Translations under genes and position numbers: made by a program
Notes under the pieces: generated by a model
Told to the model about the DNA's origin: nothing
Seen by the model: the letters and a program-made list of their open reading frames with translations, nothing else
Databases searched by the model: none
Virus record (IMG/VR): IMGVR_UViG_3300046820_001270
Coordinates: 270,493-334,492 of that record
Strand: one strand, 5' to 3'
Source: a virus
Taxonomy: Duplodnaviria > Caudoviricetes
DNA: 64,000 nt
Part shown: one piece after another, positions 42,614-51,589 of the stretch
Numbering within the stretch: position 1 is the first letter of the stretch
Layout of the letters: each line of letters opens with the position of its first letter

Positions 42614-44812
42614 ATGGGTTTAAATATTAGATTACATAACATAAATTTAAAGAATAACTTTAAATTATCATATAGAATTGGTAATACCTCAGGGGATGTT
42701 AATACAATAAACTCAGGTTATACCAATTACACTATTGGTGCAACCTTGAGTGGAAATACAGTCTACCCCTCAAGTGATGTGAGAGATTACGAAACAAACC
42801 CAATTATTTTTACTGGTGCAACATTCAATACACAATATTGGTTTAAATTTTTAGATCAAACAACAGGTTTATATACAATTGAAAATATTAACACACACGA
42901 AAGTAAGTATTATGAGTGTTATGATAAGATAGATTTTTATGTTACCGTAACAGGAGATATTTGTGATACACCTTTAAATGGTGATGTATTTAACCCAACA
43001 ATTACATTATATGATTATTTAAATGATACCGGTTATTACGGTAACCATTCATCGATGACGGGATCGACAGGTTCAGTTTATAACGTATATACAGGAAATA
43101 CATCAGATATTAATGGAACTTCAACAGGATTAATTAAATCGGGAGCAACAACAAATCAAAGTAATGGAATTATACATTCATTTAATTATACGGTAAATTA
43201 CCCACCAACATTACCAATGCAACCATTATATGTTTTTGTTGAACATATGGACGGAAGTGTATGGAATGGTAATAACACAAACCCAAAAAAACAAGGAGGT
43301 TTTGAAGTGAAAAGAGTAAGAATGGAAAATATATTTGATTATGTTAGTACTAATGAAACTCAAACACCATTACCAACTAGTACTCTAATGGCAACACCAA
43401 CTAGCACACCAATATCACCAACCGCAACACCAACTAGTACTCCTATTATATCAACTAGTACACCAACACCTACACCAACTAGTACCCCTATAACACCAAC
43501 TAGTACACCAATTATACCAACTAGCACACCTATAACACCAACTAGTACTCCTATAATACCTACTAGTACACCTATAACACCAACTAGTACACCTGTTTCA
43601 ACAACTAAATTTATTGTTAAAAAATGTGCAGGTAGCGGTGGAGATGGTGTAACAAGTTATAAAGTCCAAATTGCACCAAATGCAACACTAAATAAATCTT
43701 ATACATTATATGGTGGAGTGGGAGTACCTGCAGATATGGATGGTTATAATTGTTGGTATGTTGAAAGTACTGTAACTGATACCACATCACCTGATTATAC
43801 TTTAAATTATCATGCGGAATATAACGATTGTGGAAGTTGTAGTTCAGTTTCATTACTAGTTTATTCGGGTAATTCATTACCAAACGTATGTGCATCAACA
43901 ACCGAAATAACAGTTTATTATAGAGGCACATTAGGTGTCGATACGATTTTATATACTACATCAAATCTTTCAGATGAAGTGGAAACTCCAGGTTATTATA
44001 AATCGGTAAATAATGGAGATATTTACCACGTAGGTGTTGCTGGTCAATATCCATATATACCATCACCAGGAGATGGTTGGATTACTGACATTCAACTTTG
44101 TCCAACACCAACTCCAACACCTATTCCATCTTATACATTTAATTTATATGTAAGTGAAACAAGTGGCGCAGTTGCTTGTGCTGGAGGTGACACACCCGCA
44201 GGTTCTTATCATCAATTTGTAATAACAGGTAATACAACTAATTTCTGTACATCAACATCATTTACTTGTGATTTTATAACATCATATGATCTTTATCAAT
44301 TTTGGGTTAGTGATGGAACTAATTCAAGAAGTTTAACAAGAAATGGTGGTCAAGGTATTGAAACAGCATCACCTGATGGTGCTTGTTCTGTATGTGGATC
44401 AACTCCAACTCCTACACCGACTAGTACACCTACTCCAACCCCAACAGCAACACCTTCATTACCGGCCGGAGTTTTAGGTTTTGGATCTTCAGATAGTAAT
44501 TACCAACAATGTGACGGACTTAATAACTATGAGTATAATAGAACATACTATGTTGATTTTACAAGTGCAAGAAGTATGGGTGGATATGTTGTTGTTTATT
44601 TAAATGATAATTCAAACATACAATTACCATTTAATCAAAGTGCCACCTCTGCATCTTTAACCGTTTCATGTGGATGTGGGTCAGACTGTGCAAGTATAGA
44701 ATATGTAATGAATGTAATATATATCACACCAACCCAAACACCAGAACCATTATTACCTACATCTACACCAACTGAAGGAGGTGGAGGAGAGGTTCCACTT
44801 GAACCAACATAA
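42614..44812 (+). CDS. Fibre-like protein with PT linkers and several Cys modules
   Basis: 732 aa containing PTSTPI(I/T) repeats at ~43430-43590 and four Cys-containing modules. Confidence 0.65.
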   Translation: MGLNIRLHNINLKNNFKLSYRIGNTSGDVNTINSGYTNYTIGATLSGNTVYPSSDVRDYETNPIIFTGATFNTQYWFKFLDQTTGLYTIENINTHESKYYECYDKIDFYVTVTGDICDTPLNGDVFNPTITLYDYLNDTGYYGNHSSMTGSTGSVYNVYTGNTSDINGTSTGLIKSGATTNQSNGIIHSFNYTVNYPPTLPMQPLYVFVEHMDGSVWNGNNTNPKKQGGFEVKRVRMENIFDYVSTNETQTPLPTSTLMATPTSTPISPTATPTSTPIISTSTPTPTPTSTPITPTSTPIIPTSTPITPTSTPIIPTSTPITPTSTPVSTTKFIVKKCAGSGGDGVTSYKVQIAPNATLNKSYTLYGGVGVPADMDGYNCWYVESTVTDTTSPDYTLNYHAEYNDCGSCSSVSLLVYSGNSLPNVCASTTEITVYYRGTLGVDTILYTTSNLSDEVETPGYYKSVNNGDIYHVGVAGQYPYIPSPGDGWITDIQLCPTPTPTPIPSYTFNLYVSETSGAVACAGGDTPAGSYHQFVITGNTTNFCTSTSFTCDFITSYDLYQFWVSDGTNSRSLTRNGGQGIETASPDGACSVCGSTPTPTPTSTPTPTPTATPSLPAGVLGFGSSDSNYQQCDGLNNYEYNRTYYVDFTSARSMGGYVVVYLNDNSNIQLPFNQSATSASLTVSCGCGSDCASIEYVMNVIYITPTQTPEPLLPTSTPTEGGGGEVPLEPT

Positions 44813-44828
44813 AAATATTAAATAAAAA

Positions 44829-46100
44829 ATGAGTAAAGGAATAAAAATAGATTTTGGTAATGGAGGTTTCACTTATGATGTTTACACATCATTAAGTAGA
44901 ACGTCTTGGAGTGATATACCATATATTTCTGGATTTACGGGTCAAACTTTAACAATTAATACTGATTTATTAGGTTATACGGGTATTACGGATACTGTTT
45001 TATATGTAAAAACAACTTGTCCTCATTGTAAACCACAAATAGTAAAAGTAAAATTAGAACCGGAACCAATATCATTAACAGGATCTACTGTAAATGGTAC
45101 GTGTGAAAATTGTGGTGATATCGATGAACCAGAATGTAACGGTGCAATTACTTTATATGTTTGTGGTGGAGTTAGACCATTTACATATCAATGGTCAGGA
45201 GCGACTAAAAGTGGTAAAGTTATCACATCAACAACAAAAGATTTAGGATATTTGGAGGAAGGTAATTATAATGTAATAGTTTCCGATAGTTATGGAATAA
45301 CAGGAACAACAGGTTTTACTATTGATGTAGCACCTTGTAATCCACCGATAAATTTAACAGCGGTAGCACCTATCATTTCAACCCCAACACCAACACCTAC
45401 ACCTAGTCCAACACCTACACCTACCAATACATCAACCCCTACCCCAACACCTAGTCCAACACCAACACCTACACCTACCGCCACAGATAATGACGGAAGT
45501 ATTTTATTAGTCTCTAGTTCATCTAGATCTTCGGCTTGTAATGAATATGAAACAGGTACAAAAGTTAAATATTGGGTTATGGATGGTGGAGGATTACAAA
45601 CGGGTAATGTCTTGTGTCAAAATAATAACTGTTCAACTAAAGCACTAAATGGTTTTTATTCTGACGGTACAAATTATTATGAAGTAGGATATGGAGGAAC
45701 AGGTGAAATAATTAGTCAGGGACTATGTAGTGCTCTTGGTAATACAACAATCGGTTTAAGTAGTTCCGCAACATGTAGAACCGTTGGTTCTTGTAACGAT
45801 AACGCTACTTGTGGTGTTAGAATACCAATATTATTTAATAATGGAAGACCAAGTGCAACACAAATATTTGTCACAGTAACATCATCACAAAGTGGTGCAA
45901 GTGTTTCTATATATAACGATTTCGGAGATAATGCTACTGGTTGTTTTCTTATTTATACTGAAAATAGTGGTTCTGGAACTATAGCGTTCACTTTAACACT
46001 TAAAACTTCCCCTGGAAATGAATATATATGTGATAGTGGTCTAATAAATTTATCACATAATAATGGGGGACAACCTTGGAGTATGTTAAATGACTGTTAA
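44829..46100 (+). CDS. Fibre-like protein with a SprB-like repeat, a PT linker and Cys modules
   Basis: CNGAITLYVCGGVRPFTYQWSG...TTKDLGYLEEGNYNVIVSDSYG matches the Bacteroidota SprB repeat consensus. Confidence 0.7.
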   Translation: MSKGIKIDFGNGGFTYDVYTSLSRTSWSDIPYISGFTGQTLTINTDLLGYTGITDTVLYVKTTCPHCKPQIVKVKLEPEPISLTGSTVNGTCENCGDIDEPECNGAITLYVCGGVRPFTYQWSGATKSGKVITSTTKDLGYLEEGNYNVIVSDSYGITGTTGFTIDVAPCNPPINLTAVAPIISTPTPTPTPSPTPTPTNTSTPTPTPSPTPTPTPTATDNDGSILLVSSSSRSSACNEYETGTKVKYWVMDGGGLQTGNVLCQNNNCSTKALNGFYSDGTNYYEVGYGGTGEIISQGLCSALGNTTIGLSSSATCRTVGSCNDNATCGVRIPILFNNGRPSATQIFVTVTSSQSGASVSIYNDFGDNATGCFLIYTENSGSGTIAFTLTLKTSPGNEYICDSGLINLSHNNGGQPWSMLNDC

Positions 46101-46123
46101 AAATAGTAAAATAAAAATATAAA

Positions 46124-47626
46124 ATGGCACAAACATTAACAATATCGTGGGGAGCACCTAATAATGATAATTCACCACAACAAGTGACGGGTTATACTTT
46201 AAGTTATAAAAAGACAAGTGAAAATGTTTACACAAAAATAACGGGAATTTTAAGTGGAACCACAAGTTATGTTTTAGGTGGATTAGATGGAGGAACAAAC
46301 TATGATATTTGTGTACAATCAAATTGTACCCCAAGTTGTGTTAGTGAAAAAGTGTGCACTACAAAAACAACAAACGCAGACCCAACCCCAACACCAACTA
46401 GTACTTCCACACCGACACCAACACCTACACCAACCCCTACAGCCACTAGTACACCAACTCCAACTCCAACCCCAACCGCAACACAAACACCAACTCCAAC
46501 TCCAACATCTAATTGTGTAACATCTGTACAATTTGAGGTAGTTAGTGGAGGTGATGTTAGGTATATAGATTGTTGTGGTAATACACTATATCCTCCCAAT
46601 TTCGGTATTGGACCACAAGTAATAAACGATTGTATTCAAAATGGTTCATTATTCGCAGTTGGTGCAAGTATTACGGATATATCTTATGGATCAACGCCTT
46701 GTAGTTGTGTGTCAACCCCAACCTCAACACCAACTAGTACACCAATACCACCAACCGCAACACCATTTGCGACAATATTAAATAACGTTTATGTTAGTGA
46801 TCCATTAACTAGTACTCCAACCGAACAAGATTTAACTTTAGCAATAGAAGACGCTTGTGAGGGTAATAGTAATATTAATACATTCTTAGGTGGTCCTGCA
46901 ACGATGACAGTATACGGTTCCAGTATTTGTGATGCGTCCGCTATGTTTGATCCAAGTACAATTATTCAGCAAGATGTGACATCAGGAGGAATTATTATTT
47001 TAAGACAATTAATTAATAATTTTGGTGGAAGTGGAGGAAATAAATTATGGTACAGAAAATTCCAAAGATCTGTAGGTGTAAATGTTAATATGTATACACC
47101 TATTGGTGGTTGTTTAGAGTGTGGAGTACCAACCCCAACAGCAACCGTACCGCCACAAATTACAGTTAATATTTACGGAAGACAAAATATTCCATATAAT
47201 GCCGTATCAAATAATTTACAATTAGTTTACCAAACATATAGTTCAACTTTAGGCCCACTTAATCATACATCATCAGGTGTACAAAAATCATTAATAGAAG
47301 GAGAAACCTTCTTAGTAAGTCCAAATGTAGATGCTGGCGGTTATTTGAATTTAGGTTTGTATTTAAGGGAGACAAATGGTGCATGTGATTATCTTGAGGT
47401 TAATGTAAATGTATTTGTCGCCGGTGCTTATTTAACAAGTAGATTTACTGACTCTACAGGTTCATTATTAAGCGATTCTGGATGTGGTTTAGAAGGATCA
47501 TTGAATGGAGTAGGTATACCGGTAAGTCAAGCAATAGATGTATATATTAGCCCAACAGCGACAGGTGTGTGTTTTGGATCTGCTCTTACTCCACCAGGGT
47601 TAGAGTGTTTAACAACCAATGAATAA
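46124..47626 (+). CDS. Fibre-like protein with an N-terminal fibronectin type III domain, PT linkers and Cys modules
   Basis: LTISWGAP...VTGYTLSYKK...YVLGGLDGGTNYDICVQSNC is a clear FN3 pattern. Confidence 0.7.
   Translation: MAQTLTISWGAPNNDNSPQQVTGYTLSYKKTSENVYTKITGILSGTTSYVLGGLDGGTNYDICVQSNCTPSCVSEKVCTTKTTNADPTPTPTSTSTPTPTPTPTPTATSTPTPTPTPTATQTPTPTPTSNCVTSVQFEVVSGGDVRYIDCCGNTLYPPNFGIGPQVINDCIQNGSLFAVGASITDISYGSTPCSCVSTPTSTPTSTPIPPTATPFATILNNVYVSDPLTSTPTEQDLTLAIEDACEGNSNINTFLGGPATMTVYGSSICDASAMFDPSTIIQQDVTSGGIIILRQLINNFGGSGGNKLWYRKFQRSVGVNVNMYTPIGGCLECGVPTPTATVPPQITVNIYGRQNIPYNAVSNNLQLVYQTYSSTLGPLNHTSSGVQKSLIEGETFLVSPNVDAGGYLNLGLYLRETNGACDYLEVNVNVFVAGAYLTSRFTDSTGSLLSDSGCGLEGSLNGVGIPVSQAIDVYISPTATGVCFGSALTPPGLECLTTNE
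46505..46745 (+). repeat. Dispersed direct repeat, copy 2
   Basis: Near-identical to 32206-32443, with a 3-bp insertion (YPPNF vs YPNF) and short divergent patches. Confidence 0.95.
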
Positions 47627-47651
47627 AATAAAATAAAGATATTTATAACAT

Positions 47652-49841
47652 ATGAGTTTTTTAAATAGTAGTAATTCAGAATTTTTATCGGCAAGAATAA
47701 CCTCAAGAGGTAGAAATGCCATTGCAAAGGGTAATTTCAATATTGAATATTTCCAAGTTGGAGATTCTGAATTTGACTATAATTTACCTTTTACAGCATT
47801 AACAGGAACCACTAATCACCAAAAAGTGTTTACACCTTTTGAAAATGAAAGTGGAGTAAAATACCCTTTTTCATTAGATAGTTCCTTATCAACAACATAC
47901 GGTAATCCAATTTTAAACAATTCAATTACACCAATACGTAATGTTATGGGACCTGCGGGGTTTGTTTCTGATTATAAAACATTAGATGATGTAACAATTG
48001 CTTGTCCTGTTGAAAAAGTATATTATTCGGCAATAACAGGAACAAATACTTTTATTTTCACACATACAAGTAATGAGGTTGATTATTTAAATAAAGTTAA
48101 TCAATTCCAAAACGCGGAATATGTTACATTGGTTACCGATCAATTTGGAGGAACTAATTTACCTATAATAACTGGTAACAGTAATAGTTTTATCTATAAA
48201 AAAGTAGATTTTAATATTGTAACGGGAATAACAACAGGATCGACAACCGGTTATACAATAACATTAACATTGGATAGAAGTACCCCTATATTAACAGGAT
48301 TAACAGGATACGCACAAGTAGTCCGAAATAAATGTGAAATTGAGTATCCATTATCAAATGAAGTATCTCCTGTTTGTTCACCTGAACCATATGATCCAAT
48401 GGGACAATTAAATCCATGGACATTGAATGTTGTTTGGGGACAAAAACCAATTGGTGGTGATTACAATGGAACAGACGAAAGTCTATCTGGTTATACAAGT
48501 AATCAATTTATTTCTACTAAAAATTATTTAGGTTATACAACAACAGGACAAACGTTTTCTAATTTTACAGGTGGAACAATAACAGGTACCACATTTAAAA
48601 ATTCATTCAATGAGTTAATTGAAGTTTTACCAACAGAACAAAGAGTTATTGCAATTATTCATTATTCTGAATTAGGTGATTTAAGAAATGACCCTGAAAG
48701 ATTTTTTAAATATGATGATTACATTAGTAGTAAAACAGGTATAACAGGAGATGATTTATCTGTTATAACAAATGAAGATGGTGATGATATTAGTGATACT
48801 GATTATTTTGAAATTTATATTCCTTTCATTTACTATCATAGAAATACAACAGATACATTTGGTGCGAAATTTACAATGGATACAATTGACTATTATGTTA
48901 AACCAGTTTCAGGAACAACAGGTTCTAGATTTGAATTAAAGTTTAGATATTTGTTAGATGAACAAAATAATAAAGTAGGTAAAGTATTTGTCAACAATAA
49001 GATTGTAGTATTTGATGATCAAGAATTGGTTGCAATTTTAGATTACAGATCAAATAGAAGATATACATTACCTTCACCAAAATTAGGATTAACACCAAGT
49101 GATGGTGTTGCGGAACATTCAATGTTACCGACAACAGGTATGACAGCTTGGGTTACATATATGTTTGCCAATACAAGTGGAGATACTTTAAATTCATTAC
49201 CTTGTAATTATTTTAACAAAATATCAAGTAACACTATCCCATCACAAATTACAATGAAGTTTAGTGGAAATTCATTTTCTAATATGTCAACATCATTGTC
49301 GGGAGTAAAAGACGGTTTTGTTGCAAATAAGTTCTATGCGTTAATTCAAACAGGAACAACACCATCTCCAAATCAATGGAAGAAAATTGATATAACATCT
49401 CAAATACCTGGTTACACAACAGGTTATATTAATCCAACAGGATTAACAGGTGTTTCATTTACGATTAATTATTCAGGATATACAGGTGGAACTTATTTTG
49501 ATTTTGAAGATCATATGTCGGGAGTTACTTCAGATTATTTATGGAACACAACAGGTTCTACAACACAACCACAATTTGGTGACGAACAACCATTCCCTGG
49601 TAGTATTAGATTTGTAAGGTCAACAGACATTCAACAAATGAATTTCTTAGTTAACTTACCGTCAACACAATTTACCACAACACAAAATCCAACGTGGGTA
49701 AATGAAAATACATCGGGTAAACCATTTATCACTGAAGTTGCGTTATTAGATTCTAATAAAGAACCATTGGTTGTTGCAAAAACATCTACACCGGTAAAAA
49801 GAACGGGAACACAAGTTTTTGCGGTAAAATTAGACTTCTAA
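47652..49841 (+). CDS. Tail-collar or fibre-anchor-like structural protein (split DUF3751-like motifs)
   Basis: N-terminal ARITSRGRNAIAKG...FQVGDSE and C-terminal FITEVALLDSNKEPLVVAK, with a long [S/T]GxT-rich middle. Confidence 0.55.
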   Translation: MSFLNSSNSEFLSARITSRGRNAIAKGNFNIEYFQVGDSEFDYNLPFTALTGTTNHQKVFTPFENESGVKYPFSLDSSLSTTYGNPILNNSITPIRNVMGPAGFVSDYKTLDDVTIACPVEKVYYSAITGTNTFIFTHTSNEVDYLNKVNQFQNAEYVTLVTDQFGGTNLPIITGNSNSFIYKKVDFNIVTGITTGSTTGYTITLTLDRSTPILTGLTGYAQVVRNKCEIEYPLSNEVSPVCSPEPYDPMGQLNPWTLNVVWGQKPIGGDYNGTDESLSGYTSNQFISTKNYLGYTTTGQTFSNFTGGTITGTTFKNSFNELIEVLPTEQRVIAIIHYSELGDLRNDPERFFKYDDYISSKTGITGDDLSVITNEDGDDISDTDYFEIYIPFIYYHRNTTDTFGAKFTMDTIDYYVKPVSGTTGSRFELKFRYLLDEQNNKVGKVFVNNKIVVFDDQELVAILDYRSNRRYTLPSPKLGLTPSDGVAEHSMLPTTGMTAWVTYMFANTSGDTLNSLPCNYFNKISSNTIPSQITMKFSGNSFSNMSTSLSGVKDGFVANKFYALIQTGTTPSPNQWKKIDITSQIPGYTTGYINPTGLTGVSFTINYSGYTGGTYFDFEDHMSGVTSDYLWNTTGSTTQPQFGDEQPFPGSIRFVRSTDIQQMNFLVNLPSTQFTTTQNPTWVNENTSGKPFITEVALLDSNKEPLVVAKTSTPVKRTGTQVFAVKLDF

Positions 49842-49880
49842 AGCTTTACTATTCAATTAATTTGATTTAATTTTTACTCT

Positions 49881-50489
49881 ATGAGTATAGATATTAATTT
49901 CAAAAACAAACCAAAGATTTTAGGGTTGGATATTTCCACTAAAACTATTGGATTTGCATTGTTTGATATGTCAGGTTCTAAACTATTGGAACTAACACAT
50001 TTTTCACCAAAAATTAAACCACAACCCGAAGATAAGATCGAAGAACTTATTAAAAAGGCGGACGCGTTTAAGAAACATTTAGAAGGTTATAAAGATATGG
50101 GGATAGTTCGTGTAATTATCGAAGAACCATTGTTACAGTCAAATAATATCTACACAATTGGAACATTATTACGTTATAACACATTGATACTCAAGAACTG
50201 TTATGATGTGTTAGGTGTGTTACCAACATTTATATCAACATATAATTCAAGAAAATTTGCGTTCCCTGATTTGGTTGGACCAAACGATAAGGGACGTAAC
50301 GTTTTGTTTGGTGGTTATCCAAAAGACATTGATAAGAAACATGTTATTTGGGAACACGTTAACAATGTATGTCCCGATATCAATTGGTTATATGGTAAAA
50401 CGGGTAATCTTAAAAAAGAAAATTATGATATGGCGGATGCCGCTTGTTGTGTAATAGGATATGTTAATATGAACAAACAAACATCTTAA
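49881..50489 (+). CDS. ruvC: RuvC-like Holliday junction resolvase
   Basis: ILGLDISTKTIGFALF, VIIEEP and DMADAACC form the RNase H-fold acidic set. Confidence 0.85.
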   Translation: MSIDINFKNKPKILGLDISTKTIGFALFDMSGSKLLELTHFSPKIKPQPEDKIEELIKKADAFKKHLEGYKDMGIVRVIIEEPLLQSNNIYTIGTLLRYNTLILKNCYDVLGVLPTFISTYNSRKFAFPDLVGPNDKGRNVLFGGYPKDIDKKHVIWEHVNNVCPDINWLYGKTGNLKKENYDMADAACCVIGYVNMNKQTS

Positions 50490-50493
50490 AATA

Positions 50494-50503
50494 TCCGGCA
50501 ACT
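50494..50503 (+). promoter_or_regulatory. TCCGGCAACT motif, copy 1 (copy 2 at 54539-54548)
   Basis: An identical 10-mer just after a stop codon in two intergenic regions, 36-38 nt upstream of a TATATT element. Confidence 0.4.
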
Positions 50504-50544
50504 AAAGTTTTACTTTACGAGTTGTAAAAGATATATTTATATTA

Positions 50545-50614
50545 GGACGGGACTTGTAGAAATACAAGTTTGGTTGGAGGGAGTCGAGGTGGTGTTCGGC
50601 TCCCATTTTTTTTT
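50545..50614 (+). ncRNA. Candidate small two-hairpin non-coding RNA
   Basis: GC-rich island in AT-rich DNA, 3 nt after TATTTATA (50534-50541). Hairpin acttgta-GAAA-tacaagt (50552-50569), hairpin gggagtcga-N8-tcggctccc (50579-50604), then T9. Confidence 0.55.
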
Positions 50615-50641
50615 ATCATACTTTTTTATTATATTATAATC

Positions 50642-51586
50642 ATGAACACCGAAAAAGAAGTAGATTACTCCGCGGTATTTGATATTTTAGAAGATATATT
50701 TGGTGACTATAAGAATCATAATGATTATAGGTATCAAGTATCCTTTGACTGCCCTGTGTGTTCACATGAAATTAAAGGTTTAGATCAAGGAGATGGGAAG
50801 GGTAATCTTGAAGTCAATTACAAATACGGTGTTTATAAATGTTGGGTATGTGCTGAGACACATAATACTCATGGATCAATCTATAGGTTGATTAAAAAAT
50901 TTGGTAATCCAAGGCAACTAAAGAAATATCTTTTATTGAAACCTGAAGATGACGAAGAGATTGCTAATAGAACTTACAAACCTGTAAAATTACCAAAAGA
51001 ATTTATACCATTTAAAGATGCTAGTATGGGTTTAAAGATGACCCCACAATACAAGCAGGCATACAATTACATTAAAAAAAGAAACATCACTGATTTGATG
51101 TTGCAGATTTATAATATTGGATTTTGTTATAGTGGACCATATGAGAGTAGAATTATAATTCCATCATATGATGAAAATAAAAGATTAACGTATTTCATTG
51201 CTCGTTCTTATTTACAGAAGACAAAAAGAAAATATATGAACCCCGAAGCACAAAAGGAGATCATTATTTTCAATGAGCATTTGATTAATTGGGATGAACC
51301 AATATACATTGTGGAAGGCGCGTTCGATAGTATTTTCATTCCAAATGCAATTCCAATGTTGGGAAAGTTTATGAGTGAACATTTATTTATGAAACTCTAC
51401 AATAATGCAAAAAAAATAGTTATAGTATTAGATCCTGACGCATGGGAAGACCAACAACGATTATATCATAGATTAAATTGTGGAAAACTAATGGGGAAAG
51501 TGTGGAGTATTAAATTAGAAGGGGATAAAGATATTGCCGATTTACAAGGGAACTTAAGTGAATATAAAATGAAACAAATAGATTAG
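50642..51586 (+). CDS. dnaG: DNA primase (zinc finger plus TOPRIM)
   Basis: DCPVC...YKCWVC zinc-binding domain, IVEGAFD, VLDPDA and KDIAD. The real start is most likely ATG 50642, not TTG 50570. Confidence 0.9.
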   Translation: MNTEKEVDYSAVFDILEDIFGDYKNHNDYRYQVSFDCPVCSHEIKGLDQGDGKGNLEVNYKYGVYKCWVCAETHNTHGSIYRLIKKFGNPRQLKKYLLLKPEDDEEIANRTYKPVKLPKEFIPFKDASMGLKMTPQYKQAYNYIKKRNITDLMLQIYNIGFCYSGPYESRIIIPSYDENKRLTYFIARSYLQKTKRKYMNPEAQKEIIIFNEHLINWDEPIYIVEGAFDSIFIPNAIPMLGKFMSEHLFMKLYNNAKKIVIVLDPDAWEDQQRLYHRLNCGKLMGKVWSIKLEGDKDIADLQGNLSEYKMKQID

Positions 51587-51589
51587 ATT

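Noticed and set aside
32206-46745. Diversity-generating retroelement template/variable repeat pair
   Set aside because: Differences between the copies are not restricted to adenines and include an indel, neither copy is at a gene 3' end, and no reverse transcriptase is in the window.
50545-50606. tRNA or tRNA fragment (GTTCG present)
   Set aside because: No cloverleaf, acceptor stem or anticodon arm can be built on either strand. It is kept as an unknown structured RNA. No tRNA genes were recognised in the window.
50570-50641. N-terminal extension of primase (MVGGSRGG...) from a TTG start
   Set aside because: It runs through the hairpin and T-tract. The ATG at 50642 gives a normal primase N-terminus.
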